Assembly (NCBI GenBank): GCA_963797095.1 | Contig: CAWCNY010000001.1 | Location: 96,001-160,000, forward strand | Direction of reading: 5' to 3' | Source of the DNA: an uncultured Chloroflexia bacterium | GTDB taxonomy: Bacteria; Chloroflexota; Chloroflexia; QHBQ01; JADMIH01 | Length of the DNA: 64,000 bases | In this document: positions 28,973 through 38,995 of the stretch, one piece after another | Position numbering within the stretch: position 1 is the stretch's first letter | How the letters are laid out: each line of letters begins with the position of its first letter | Made by a program: the position numbers and the translations under genes | The notes under the pieces: generated by a model | Told to the model about the DNA's origin: nothing | What the model saw: only the letters and a program-made list of their open reading frames with translations | Databases searched by the model: none

Positions 28973-30244
28973 ATGAAGATCAGACGTTTCATTATGACAA
29001 TCGTAGCTTTCGCTCTGCTCATAGTCGTGACGGTGGGGGCTACCGGAAAGGCCACAGCCGCGCCGAACCGCCAGGCAGGTCCGCAAACCTGGACCGTGTT
29101 GGTAGGCGCGCAGGCCGAGATTGAACAGACCGATATGGGCCCGGCGGGTGCCTGGCAACTCATGAAGTTCTATCCGGACAAACTGACCATCAACGAAGGC
29201 GACACGGTGGTGTGGAAGATCAACTCGGCAGAGTTTCATGACGTAATCTTTGCGCCTCCCGGCCAGGCCTTCGTGCCGCTCACTACCGCCGAAGGGGGCC
29301 AGAACGGTCCGCCTACAGTGGTCATAAGTCCTCTATTTGCGGCGCCTTCAGGAGGCCCGAATTACGATGGCACAACCCTGGCCAATTCGGGCGAGCTGGC
29401 CATGGCCGCGCCGGGCTCACCGGAATTCCGCCTTACCTTTCCCAAGGCAGGCAGCTACGACTACTACTGCAACATCCATTCGGCTCCGCTTCCTGACGGA
29501 CAGATCGCAGGCATGACCGGCAACATCACTGTCCGGGCTGCCGGTTCGGCGCTTGCCAGCACTCCCGACCAGGTAAGCGCGGACGCCCAGGCCGCCATCG
29601 CTGCCGACCAGCAGGCTGCCACGGCAGAAGATACCCAGGTTAAGCAGGCGATTCCTCCTACGTCGAACTCTGATGGCACGATGACCTACCACATAAAGGC
29701 CGGCTTCGACACGCAGACGGCCGCGTATATGCGTTTCACCCCTTCGGACATCACGATCCACGCGGGTGATACAGTAACTTGGCAGCAGAATTCCGCCGTC
29801 TCGCCCCACACCTTTACACTTACATCAGGGGCAAAAGATCCCGATCTGGTGGTGGCGCTACCTCGATCATCCGGCCCGCCCAAGCTTATTCTCAATCCAC
29901 AGGTTTTGCTGCCTGCCGGTGGCACGACCTACGACGGGCAAGGCTTCTTCAGTTCAGGCTTTGTTCCCGGTACGCAGGATCCCACTCCCGGCCCTCGGAC
30001 TTACAGCCTCAAGTTCTCCACGCCCGGAACCTATGAATATATCTGCATACTGCATGATGACATGGGAATGAATGGGCACATCACTGTGCTGGCCGCCGGG
30101 GACGCCGGAACGACGCCGGGTATGCCCTCCACCGGGCGATCCGGTAGCGAGGGCGCGCTGCTGTTGGCTGCCGGGTTGGCTGGTCTGGTGCTCCTTTTGG
30201 CTGGTTTCACTCTTCGCCATAAGGTCATAAGCTTGCGCCGGTAA
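28973..30244 (+). CDS. Secreted tandem cupredoxin (plastocyanin/azurin-like) protein with LPxTG-like anchor
   Basis: Signal peptide; two type-1 Cu ligand sets (H...YYCNIH...GM; H...YICILHDDMGM); C-terminal MPSTG + TM + basic tail. Confidence 0.88.
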   Translation: MKIRRFIMTIVAFALLIVVTVGATGKATAAPNRQAGPQTWTVLVGAQAEIEQTDMGPAGAWQLMKFYPDKLTINEGDTVVWKINSAEFHDVIFAPPGQAFVPLTTAEGGQNGPPTVVISPLFAAPSGGPNYDGTTLANSGELAMAAPGSPEFRLTFPKAGSYDYYCNIHSAPLPDGQIAGMTGNITVRAAGSALASTPDQVSADAQAAIAADQQAATAEDTQVKQAIPPTSNSDGTMTYHIKAGFDTQTAAYMRFTPSDITIHAGDTVTWQQNSAVSPHTFTLTSGAKDPDLVVALPRSSGPPKLILNPQVLLPAGGTTYDGQGFFSSGFVPGTQDPTPGPRTYSLKFSTPGTYEYICILHDDMGMNGHITVLAAGDAGTTPGMPSTGRSGSEGALLLAAGLAGLVLLLAGFTLRHKVISLRR

Positions 30245-30517
30245 ACAAGACGAACTGAGAGGACGATGAGCGGATTCGCCTTTGTCAAGCGGGTTCGCTC
30301 CTTCTCCGGTGGCCAACAGATGACAGTTGATAGTGCCAGAAGCAGCTGGCTGGCTCGGCTTAGCTGATTGGGACGATGAGACCTTGCTAGGCATCAATTA
30401 GGTCTTCCCCATATCGGGGATCAGCGTATTCCTCGTGTCCACGGGTCCACGCGTCCACTTTGTATGGCGAATGCCACGTTGCTCGTTACGCAGTGCGTAG
30501 TTACAGGAGAGCATTGA

Positions 30518-33500
30518 ATGGAGTGCCCGAATTGTAAGACACGAAATCCCGAAGGCGCCAGGTTCTGCTTCAACTGCGGCGCCCCGCTGCCAATAGCCTG
30601 TCGAAATTGCGGTACGAGCCTCGTGCAGGGCGCGAAGTTCTGCTTCAACTGTGGAACGCCGGTGGTATCGACGACCGACCATCGACCACCGACCACCGAC
30701 AATGGAGGGCGAGTGGCTGATGACGAGATGCAACCATCATCTGTGCAGCCCTATCCGTCCTCCGTACACACCTTGGAAGAGGAAGCCGTTGGGGGTCGGT
30801 CGTCGGTGGTCGACCGTCTGGAGCAATATATCCCCAAAGAGTTACTGGCCAAGCTGGAGCGGGCGCGGGCCAACCGCAGCATGGCGGGGGAGCGGCGCAT
30901 CGTAACGATGCTCTTTTGCGACGTGAAGGGCTCAACCAGCCTTGCCGAGATGCTCGACCCAGAGGAGTGGGCGGAGATCATGAACGGAGCGTTCAAGTAT
31001 CTCATCGAGCCGGTGTATCGCTACGAAGGCACTCTCGCCCGGCTCATGGGCGATGCTATCCTGGCATTTTTCGGCGCGCCGATCGGGCATGAGGACGACC
31101 CGCAGCGGGCGGTGCTGGCAGCCCTCGACATCGTAGAGGGCATGAAGGTCTACAGCGAGCAGATCAAGCGCGAGCGCAACCTGGAGCTCAATGTGCGCAT
31201 CGGCATCAACACCGGTCTCGTCGTCGTGGGTGAGGTGGGCTCCGACCTACGCGTCGAGTACACGGCCATGGGGGACGCCGTCAATGTGGCCTCGCGCATG
31301 GAGCAAACTGCCGAGCCGGGTACCCTACAAGTCTCCGCCAGCACATACAAATCGATATCGAATCTCTTCGAGTTCAAATCGCTTGGTGACATAGAGGTGA
31401 AGGGCAAGAGCGAGCCGGTAGCCGCCTTCCAAGTGCTCAGAGCCATAGACGGTGCTGTGCCTATGCGCGGAATCGAGGGGTTGAAGACTCCTTTCGTGGG
31501 GCGCGAGCGCGAATTGTCACAGCTGCGGTCAGTCCTCGACAATCTATTGCAGGGCCAAGGGCAGATCGTATCAGTAATGGGCGAGGCCGGCCTGGGCAAG
31601 TCGAGGCTGATCGGCGAAATGCGGAATTCGGAGTTTGGAGTTCAGAATGCCACGGACTCAAACATCCCGCATTTTGCATCCCACATTTCGCATTGGTATG
31701 AGGGGCGCTCCCTTTCGTATGAGACTGCCACTCCTTACGCTCCGTTCGTCGACATGCTCGGCACGCTCTTTGGCCTGCGCGACGAGGATACCGGCGAGGA
31801 AAAGTACAGCAAGCTCAAGGCGAAACTCGCGGAGCTAGTTGCGAGTAATACGGGGTACGAAAGACTGCCAGCTATCAACTCGCAACCTTCATCTCCCAAC
31901 TACCTTAGGGAAATCGCTCCTTACCTCTCGACTCTGTTCGGCATAAATCTCTCGGGGGAAGACGCGGAGCGGGTGAAGTATCTCGAGCCGCTTGCCCTGC
32001 GAGGGCGCGTATTCTACGCGATCGCCACTCTCGTTGGGGCGCTGGCAAGCTCGGGGCCTTGCGTGCTGACCTTTGAGGACCTTCACTGGACTGATCCCAC
32101 TTCCCTCGAATTGATCGAGAGCCTACTGCCGCTCATAAGGAGGGCGCCTCTCCTGATCCTGGCCATCTTCCGGCCTCAGCCGCAAGACCCGTCCTGGCGC
32201 TTCCACGAGATCGCTTCTAGCGATTACGCGCAGAGCTACACGCCTATCATCTTGCAGCCGCTCGATGAAGAGCAATCTCGCCAGCTTGTGGCCAATCTCC
32301 TGGAGATCGAAGACCTGCCGGAAAAGGTGCGCGCGCTCATTCTGCAGAAGGCAGAGGGGAATCCATTCTACGTAGAAGAGGTTATCCGCTCCCTTCTAGA
32401 CGCCGGGTTGGTGGTGCGAGTGGACGGCCACTGGCGGGCCACCCGCGAGATCGAGAATATAGCAGTGCCCGATACCCTGGCCGGTGTAATCACTGCGCGT
32501 CTCGACAGACTGGACGACGAATCGAAGTATGTAGCCCAGACCGCGTCGGTCATCGGCAGGGAGTTTCAGTACGATGTGTTAGGGGACGTCTACGAAGCCC
32601 CGCAAGAGATCGATCGGGCTCTCTCTACGTTGCAGCAAAGAGAGTTGGTGCGCGAGAAGAGCCAGGTTCTTGCTGCGCAATTCAGGCCCAGGCGTGCCTA
32701 CCTCTTCAAACATGTGCTCACCCAGGAGACCGCTTACGCATCAGTGCTCCTGAGCAGGCGTAGAGAGCTGCACCGCAAAGTAGCCGAGTATCTGGAGCGA
32801 GTAGAGCCCGAACGCGCCAGCGAGATCGGGAGACACTTCCTGCAAGCGCGGCAACAGGCACGCGCCCTGCCCTACCTGCTGGAGGCGGGAGACCGGGCTC
32901 TTCGCTCGGGGGCACGCGCAGAGGCTGCCAGCTATTACACGAAGATAATCGAGGCGCTACCGCAGGCGGACAACCTTGAAATTGGGCGGCGCGCTTACGA
33001 GGGTTTGGGCAAGGCGCGGGAGTTCACCATGGACGTGCCGGGTGCGATAGAGAGCTACAATGCCATGCTGCAATTCGGCCGGCAGCACGGCGATGCGCCT
33101 GTGCAGGTCTCTGCCCTGAACAAGTTATCGCTTATCGAAGTGATGATGCTTGGACAATACGACGAGGCAGAAAAGCACCTGGCCGAATCGGAAGAACTTG
33201 CCCTCGAAAATGAAGAAGTGCCCGGGTTGGTCGAGTTGTACACGGTGCGCTGTGGTATGTGCTCGGCGGTGGCCGACTTCGGCAACGCGAGTAGGTACCT
33301 GAGTGAGGCAGCCCAGCTCGGGAGCAAGATGGACGATATACAGACTATCGCCTATGGGTTGGCCCACAAGTCGAATATGCTCACCCACATGACCGAATAC
33401 GAAGAGGCATGGGAGACTGCTCAGGAGGGCTTGAAGGTAGCCGAGGAAGCCAATAACTTGGAACGTCGCGCCGAAATCCTTACCTATAGTGTCCCTGTTT

Positions 33501-34387
33501 ACCATATGCGTAACGGCCAGCTTACCGAGGCACAGCAGGCTGCGGAAGAGGGCTATGAGATTGCGGTGAGGATCGGCACTACTTACCCGCCTTTGCTGGG
33601 AGCAATTATGCTTGGCTACCTCGCTCAGATGCAAGGTGACTACGAAGCCGCCATACAGTGGTTCGAGCGTGCCCTGGAGCGCGCTCGCCCGTTGATCGAG
33701 GTCGTGCCGTTCATGACCGCCATTCCCTTGGGCGGACTCGGCTCGGTATGTCTGAACATCAGCACCAAAATGGTAGACAAAGTAGTAAAGCTGCATGCGC
33801 AAGCTCTGGAGATTTTGCGCACGCCCACAGGCGCGCTCGCCGGAGGCAATGGGTGGGCCGACCTGGGCTTCTGCGCCCTCGAGTTGGGCCAGATAGAGCA
33901 TGCCGACGAGTACTTTCAGAACGGTTTGCATGGCCCATCCATACAGATGTATGTGCAGCGCCCCAGATTGCTGGCAGGAGCGGCGCTGGTAGCTCTAGCG
34001 AAAAACCGTGTGGATGAAGCAGCAAAGTTGGTGGGCGAGGCGCGACACTACGCCGAAGAACGCCGCATGAAATCTGACTATCCTCTCGTCAGTATCGTCG
34101 ACGCGAAAGTGAGCGCAGCCCGAGGAGACACCGAAGCCGCTCTGAGGCTCTACAGAGAAGCGGTCAGCCTGGCTCTGGAGATGAAGATGCTCCCCATTGC
34201 GCTGCAGGCCCGCCTGGGCGCGCTGGCAGTACTGGCGGACTGTGGGCAATTGTCAGAGGCTGCTCAGCTCCGCCACGATGCCCAATCCACAATCGATGTA
34301 ATGGCAGGGTCGTTCAAGAGCGACGAGTACCGCAAGATGTTTGTCGAAAGCGCTGGCGAGAAGCTGGCGAGAAGCTGGCGAACGTAA
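30518..34387 (+). CDS. Double zinc ribbon + class III adenylate/guanylate cyclase + AAA/STAND + TPR protein
   Basis: CPNC/FCFNCG x2; LFCDVKGST, MGDAILAFFG, GDAVNVASRME; GEAGLGKS, FEDLHW, GNPFY, YLFKH. Confidence 0.94.
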   Translation: MECPNCKTRNPEGARFCFNCGAPLPIACRNCGTSLVQGAKFCFNCGTPVVSTTDHRPPTTDNGGRVADDEMQPSSVQPYPSSVHTLEEEAVGGRSSVVDRLEQYIPKELLAKLERARANRSMAGERRIVTMLFCDVKGSTSLAEMLDPEEWAEIMNGAFKYLIEPVYRYEGTLARLMGDAILAFFGAPIGHEDDPQRAVLAALDIVEGMKVYSEQIKRERNLELNVRIGINTGLVVVGEVGSDLRVEYTAMGDAVNVASRMEQTAEPGTLQVSASTYKSISNLFEFKSLGDIEVKGKSEPVAAFQVLRAIDGAVPMRGIEGLKTPFVGRERELSQLRSVLDNLLQGQGQIVSVMGEAGLGKSRLIGEMRNSEFGVQNATDSNIPHFASHISHWYEGRSLSYETATPYAPFVDMLGTLFGLRDEDTGEEKYSKLKAKLAELVASNTGYERLPAINSQPSSPNYLREIAPYLSTLFGINLSGEDAERVKYLEPLALRGRVFYAIATLVGALASSGPCVLTFEDLHWTDPTSLELIESLLPLIRRAPLLILAIFRPQPQDPSWRFHEIASSDYAQSYTPIILQPLDEEQSRQLVANLLEIEDLPEKVRALILQKAEGNPFYVEEVIRSLLDAGLVVRVDGHWRATREIENIAVPDTLAGVITARLDRLDDESKYVAQTASVIGREFQYDVLGDVYEAPQEIDRALSTLQQRELVREKSQVLAAQFRPRRAYLFKHVLTQETAYASVLLSRRRELHRKVAEYLERVEPERASEIGRHFLQARQQARALPYLLEAGDRALRSGARAEAASYYTKIIEALPQADNLEIGRRAYEGLGKAREFTMDVPGAIESYNAMLQFGRQHGDAPVQVSALNKLSLIEVMMLGQYDEAEKHLAESEELALENEEVPGLVELYTVRCGMCSAVADFGNASRYLSEAAQLGSKMDDIQTIAYGLAHKSNMLTHMTEYEEAWETAQEGLKVAEEANNLERRAEILTYSVPVYHMRNGQLTEAQQAAEEGYEIAVRIGTTYPPLLGAIMLGYLAQMQGDYEAAIQWFERALERARPLIEVVPFMTAIPLGGLGSVCLNISTKMVDKVVKLHAQALEILRTPTGALAGGNGWADLGFCALELGQIEHADEYFQNGLHGPSIQMYVQRPRLLAGAALVALAKNRVDEAAKLVGEARHYAEERRMKSDYPLVSIVDAKVSAARGDTEAALRLYREAVSLALEMKMLPIALQARLGALAVLADCGQLSEAAQLRHDAQSTIDVMAGSFKSDEYRKMFVESAGEKLARSWRT

Positions 34388-34560
34388 CGAGTATTTCGTC
34401 TTGGATGTGTCAGAAACCGGACCACAGGGTGGCAGGAAGGGAGTAATAGGTAGTTTATCATTGGTAAATTACACCAATCGAAACTCTACCTGGCAAGAAC
34501 TGCTGTCCGACGAAGTTGTGGTCATCAGAAAGCACACAGCACCGTCCCCGCTCTCCACTA

Positions 34561-34959
34561 TTATTGGGCTCTCCCGCCCCGCGGGCGCAGTTGTTCGAGA
34601 CGGATGTCGTGCTGCCAGAAGTCGTGCATGTCATACTCGTACTCGAAGCGTTCACCCGGCCGCAGCTTGAAATCGGAGAGCTTCACGTGAGAGGGATTGT
34701 CATCGAACAAGATACCACCGTCTCGGTAAATGCCAGCCTCTTTGCCAAAGATGAGAAAGCGATGCAAATGCAAGTTCTCCCAGCCCATGGCTATCTGGAG
34801 AATGCTGTGCAGTTGGGCGATGGTCGTATCGCTGGTCACCAGGAGGCGGCGCCAGATCATGGGACTGCAATGGCGCAGCACCACCTTGAGTTGATAGACC
34901 TGGCCGTCGGCTTGCGTTTGATCATCGCTCACAAAAGCGGAAGAGGAGCAATTCTCCAT
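34561..34959 (-). pseudogene. Plasmid pRiA4b ORF-3 family protein, C-terminally truncated
   Basis: VYQLKV.L....PMIWRR..V, LHSILQIAMGWENLHLHRF, YEYDMHDFWQHDIRLE; lacks the usual Cys/PPED C-terminal part. Confidence 0.8.
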
Positions 34960-35151
34960 ACATATCGCCTATATCGCCAATGACAGAGACTCGACGTGGG
35001 TGGCGATACCCCGACTTTTAGTGCTCTCTGGCCAGTGACGCCCCGCTTGCTCTGGCGTATTGCGTAGATACTGAGCGCCAGACATAGGATTACGAGCCAG
35101 AGAGCCACTGTGAACAAACCTGTTCGTTTGTTTTGCACAGTGACCCGCAGG

Positions 35152-36888
35152 CTAGTCATTGAATAAATCCTCCAGCGAGACTTTAGCTTTATCGGCGCGG
35201 GCGAGGTTTTGGTCGATTTGGCGGGCGGGTTTGGTGGGGGTGGATTTGAGGTCGTTGTAGAAGGTGGTGTCGAAGGTGCGGACGCGGAGGACTACTTCCA
35301 TGGGGACGGCGTGGCCCATTAGCATGACTTCTTGCTTGGAGTTGAGGGTGGCGAGGAGGTTTTTTAGCTGGGTGCCGCCCCGGATACCTGTGAAGACGGA
35401 GTCGATGTCGCGTTCGTCGTTGAGGAGGGCGGTTATGCGCGTGCCTAATTGGCTCATTACTTCATCGTCTATGCCGGACGGGCGCTGGTCGATGACCATG
35501 AGGGTGACGAGGTATTTGCGCATTTCGCGGGCGATGGTGCCGAAGATGGTGGCGGAGTTGCGGGAGAGGAATTTGTGGGCTTCTTCGATGGTGATCATGA
35601 GGGGTTTGGGGGGTTCGGCTTTGCCGTCTTCGTGGTCTTCGGACCAGCTGACCCAGGAGTTGTGGATGCGTTTGGTGAGGATGTTGGCGACGAGCATGTA
35701 GGCGAGGGTGGAGCGGTGCTGGCCGAACATGAGGATAACGTGCTTGTCCGATTTGAGGTCGGAGATGAGGCCTTCGATGCCGGTGCCGACGCGCTGGGAG
35801 GAGCGGGTGACGAAGGCAAGGTCGGCGATGGTTTCGAGCTTGCGTTTGAGGCCTTCGAGGGAGCCTGTGTGAGCGCCTGTTTCTTTGGCGAAGTCGTTGA
35901 GGTCTTCGGAGGACATGGAGATGAGGCGTTCAATCCAGCCGGAACCGAGCTTGCGGTGGGCCTGGCGGGCGGTGATGATGGCGGCTGAGCCTTCGCCCAT
36001 TTTTAGCTCGGAGGCGAGGGCTTCGATGTCGTCGATGGTGATGTCGGAGAGGGGGATGCGGATGGTGCCGTCGGCCCCGCCGCCACGACGGGAGGCTTCT
36101 TCGTCCATTGTGTAGAGGGCGACGCGGGATTTGCCGAAGAGATCGCGGAGGCCGCGTGCGACTGTGTTGTTTTCGAGGCGCTTTTCGGAGGCGTACTCGG
36201 AGTGCATGTCGAAGATGAGGTTGGTGGAGGCGTTGGAGGCGATGAGGCCGGAGAGGAGGAGGCGGGCGAGGACGGATTTGCCGGTGCCTGAGCGTCCGAA
36301 GATGCCGTTGGAGCGTTCGACGAAGCGGCGGAGGTCGATGCAGATGGGGGCGGCGAGGGCGTCGGCTTCGTCGAGCTCGCGGGGGTAGCCCACGATGAAG
36401 TGGTGTTTATCGGGCTGGCCGAATACGAGGCCGTAGTCGGTGGTGCCTGCGGAGTAGGAGGGGGAGAAGGGGCCGGGGATGGTGCGGGCGGGGCGGGGGG
36501 TGCCTTCGGGGGAGAGCTCGAGGGCGAGGCGGACGTTGCATTCGGCGTAGGTGGCGGAGCGGGAGAGGGTTTCGTGGATTAGTGATTTTGGATTTTGGAT
36601 TTTGGATTTTGGATCTGAGTAAGTGTCGGGGGGGTCCATGGCTATGGTGGGGTCGGTGGAGGCGAGGCGGAAGGAGCTGATGGTGCCGAAGAAGCGGACG
36701 TGGCGGCCTTCTACTACTACGAATTGACCCTGGCGCAGTAGCTCGACTGCCTGGTCGCGGTGGAGGTGGATGGTGACGCCGCGCTCGGTGTCGGCGGCGG
36801 TTACCTGGCCCAGGAGGTGGCGCTCGCCTGGGGTTGGTTGGTGGTTTTTTGAGAGGAGTTGGGAGACTAGGGAGCCGTTGTTTTCCAT
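35152..36888 (-). CDS. herA: HerA-family DNA translocase/helicase (HAS barrel + DUF87 ATPase)
   Basis: GIFGRSGTGKS Walker A, IFDMHSEY, IEEAHKF, IAREMRKY, DQRPS; operon with nurA. Confidence 0.9.
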   Translation of the reverse strand: MENNGSLVSQLLSKNHQPTPGERHLLGQVTAADTERGVTIHLHRDQAVELLRQGQFVVVEGRHVRFFGTISSFRLASTDPTIAMDPPDTYSDPKSKIQNPKSLIHETLSRSATYAECNVRLALELSPEGTPRPARTIPGPFSPSYSAGTTDYGLVFGQPDKHHFIVGYPRELDEADALAAPICIDLRRFVERSNGIFGRSGTGKSVLARLLLSGLIASNASTNLIFDMHSEYASEKRLENNTVARGLRDLFGKSRVALYTMDEEASRRGGGADGTIRIPLSDITIDDIEALASELKMGEGSAAIITARQAHRKLGSGWIERLISMSSEDLNDFAKETGAHTGSLEGLKRKLETIADLAFVTRSSQRVGTGIEGLISDLKSDKHVILMFGQHRSTLAYMLVANILTKRIHNSWVSWSEDHEDGKAEPPKPLMITIEEAHKFLSRNSATIFGTIAREMRKYLVTLMVIDQRPSGIDDEVMSQLGTRITALLNDERDIDSVFTGIRGGTQLKNLLATLNSKQEVMLMGHAVPMEVVLRVRTFDTTFYNDLKSTPTKPARQIDQNLARADKAKVSLEDLFND

Positions 36889-37037
36889 ATGTTATCTCTT
36901 TTCTTTTGGAACACGAAGACACGAAGGAGAGCGAAGGGCACGAAGGATTCTTTTTGTTTATTTCCCGCAGAGGCGCAGAGAGCGCGGAGGTTGTTGATGA
37001 ACCACAGAGGCACAGAGGCACAGAGGCACGGAGGCTT

Positions 37038-37724
37038 TTAGAGTTTGACGTTGCCGACTGAGGATGCGATGCCGATGCCATTGCCGTTGGTGGGTTGAGG
37101 TGTGGGTGGGGTTGTAGGAGTGGTGAGGGTGTCGAGGGTTTTTAGGATGGCGAGGAGGCGGTCGTACTGGCCTTTTAGCTGGCGGCCCAGGTATTCGGCT
37201 GTGGATTGGAGCCAGGGGTGGTCGGATTGGCGGGCGTGGTAGGCGCGGAGGAGGAGGTGGACGAGCACCTGGTCGATGGCGGCGGGTGGGGCGTCGGTGG
37301 TGTAGAGGAGGAGGCGGAGGTAGTCGGGTTGGGCGGTGAAGGCGATTAACTCGTCGTCGGTGGCGAGGTAGGCTTTGTAGTGGACGCGGGGAGGGGTGGA
37401 GGGGAAGGAGTATGCGATTTCTGCCTTCTGCTTACTGCCTTCTGCCTTTTGGTCCGGGTAGCAGCCTACGGTGATGGCGGTGAAGTTGGTGCGGAGGGTG
37501 CGTTGGAGGTCGGGGTATAGGTTGTAGACGCCGCCATCGTCGTCGGAGGGGGAGCCTTTGGCAGAGATGGGGCCGAGGCCCTCGGTGCGGGCGGAGGCTA
37601 CTACGCCGAGGACGTTTTCGGCGATGACGAGGCCGCCGAGAGGGGGCGTGGCGTTTAGCTCGTAGGATTCGACTGTGAAGTTGCTGTAGGAGGTGGCGAT
37701 TATTTCGCCTAGTTGTTGTCTCAT
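37038..37724 (-). CDS. Stand-alone HAS-barrel-like protein associated with HerA/NurA
   Basis: LGEIIAT...F..E.Y.L..TPPLGGLV, PPRVH, F...PDYLRLL; position between nurA and herA. Confidence 0.7.
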   Translation of the reverse strand: MRQQLGEIIATSYSNFTVESYELNATPPLGGLVIAENVLGVVASARTEGLGPISAKGSPSDDDGGVYNLYPDLQRTLRTNFTAITVGCYPDQKAEGSKQKAEIAYSFPSTPPRVHYKAYLATDDELIAFTAQPDYLRLLLYTTDAPPAAIDQVLVHLLLRAYHARQSDHPWLQSTAEYLGRQLKGQYDRLLAILKTLDTLTTPTTPPTPQPTNGNGIGIASSVGNVKL

Positions 37725-37743
37725 GGGTTTGTTGCCGGGGTGG

Positions 37744-38328
37744 TTATTTTTTGTGGCCGGGTTTCCAGTGCTTGCCCAGGGGCTTTTGCGGCTTGCCGGA
37801 GCGTCCGGTGGGGCGGCCTTTTGGTCTGCCTGTGGGGCCTACGGGTCGGGTGGGGTTGGTGGGGTTGGTGGGGTTGGGGAGGAGGTTATCGGTGGCCTTG
37901 AGGGTATTGTATATCGACATGGCCCAGGTGTTGACGTTCTGCACGTAGTTTTGGGGGCCGAGGGCTACTACGTCGGCGGTGGTCATGGGCCATACGATGG
38001 GGTGTTTGTAGGTGCCGCGCGAGCCGTCGTCGGAGGTGACTTTGAAGCGGCGGCGATTGGCGTTGAGGCGGTCTTTTTCGCGACGGCGGACCTGTTCGGG
38101 GGTTATGTTGGTTTCGATGAACTCGGTGAGGAGCTTGATGGCGCCTTCTAGCCCTTCCTGGGAGTAGATGGAGGGGTGCTGGAGGTGGTAGGAGAGGACG
38201 GAGAGGTGGTGGACGGCCCAGCGGGATTCGTCCTCGGTTTCCCAGGCGAGGAGGGTGTTGAAGTCGTCGTTGCAGGTTTGGTTGGGGGAGGGGTGCTTGG
38301 CACCGCATTCGGGGCAGGTAGTTGTCAT
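37744..38328 (-). CDS. DUF5946-like protein
   Basis: CPECGA, HHLSVLSYHLQHP, MTTADV...Y...V.TWA pattern. Confidence 0.75.
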   Translation of the reverse strand: MTTTCPECGAKHPSPNQTCNDDFNTLLAWETEDESRWAVHHLSVLSYHLQHPSIYSQEGLEGAIKLLTEFIETNITPEQVRRREKDRLNANRRRFKVTSDDGSRGTYKHPIVWPMTTADVVALGPQNYVQNVNTWAMSIYNTLKATDNLLPNPTNPTNPTRPVGPTGRPKGRPTGRSGKPQKPLGKHWKPGHKK

Positions 38329-38500
38329 GTTAGTTCCAGGTTTCAGGTGTTGCGAGTTGGGTGGTTGGTTGCCATATTTTGGATCATAGTGTTTGTTGTG
38401 TCTAGCGTGTTGGGATAAGCCTAGTGTGGTCTTGCTTCATGAAAAATGACACTTAGGGGCCTCTGATCCAGGTGAGTAGAATCGGGTAAGGACGTGCAGA

Positions 38501-38529
38501 TCAGATGGCCTGCCTGATCATGCGCTTGC
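38501..38529 (-). repeat. Diverged copy of the nurA 3' end (encodes KRMIRQAI*)
   Basis: 22/29 nt match to 46371-46399, stop codon in the same position. Confidence 0.75.
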
Positions 38530-38927
38530 TAGGGCATTTGCTTGTACTTACTGTATTCTTGGATCCAACCATCTTCCCCGAATAATTCTCCGTGAATTCC
38601 ATCACTTTCCTCTTCTACATTCCTTCCGTCTACAATTATCTGGATGCTATTCTCAAAGTCGGCCTGTTCTTGTAGTTTGAATAAGAGATCGTGAATTCCA
38701 CCGTCGAGCGATGAGATCAAACATTCTCTTAGAACTACTCTCTGCTCATCTGTGAGATTGAGGGCCGCGATTCGCGCCTGAAGGCTATCGTTTGCACAGC
38801 GTGCCGCCATAGTCATGTCATAGCTGTGCATAACGCTATCACGAAGGTGCTCCACGAGGAACTTACCGAACTTTGCGAGAGGATCTAGATCCTCATACCC
38901 TTTCAAGGATCGATAACGGTTATTCAT
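38529..38927 (-). CDS. Hypothetical acidic protein resembling polymorphic-toxin immunity proteins
   Basis: AT-rich; LAKFGKFLVEHLRD...IHDLLFKLQE...SDGIHGELFGEDGWIQEYSK; RBS GAGGGG. Confidence 0.7.
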   Translation of the reverse strand: MNNRYRSLKGYEDLDPLAKFGKFLVEHLRDSVMHSYDMTMAARCANDSLQARIAALNLTDEQRVVLRECLISSLDGGIHDLLFKLQEQADFENSIQIIVDGRNVEEESDGIHGELFGEDGWIQEYSKYKQMP

Positions 38928-38939
38928 ATTTAGCCCCTC

Positions 38940-38995
38940 TTAGATAGCCTGCTCGATCATCCTCTTGCCCCCAGCTTTTTCGGCGTGGCGCGGAG
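38940..38995 (-). repeat. Diverged copy of the nurA 3' end (encodes ...AEKAGGKRMIEQAI*)
   Basis: Aligns with 46371-46427 (LHAPTEKARGKRMIGQAI*), many differences synonymous. Confidence 0.85.

Noticed and set aside
35152-36888. HerA as part of a Sir2-HerA/DUF4297-HerA anti-phage system
   Set aside because: Partners are NurA and a HAS-barrel protein with matching codon style, consistent with the repair-type HerA-NurA
38400-38425. Possible third nurA remnant (TAGCGTGTTGGGATAAGCCT resembling the GYPNAL region)
   Set aside because: Short, gapped and not collinear with the adjacent tail remnant; may be chance
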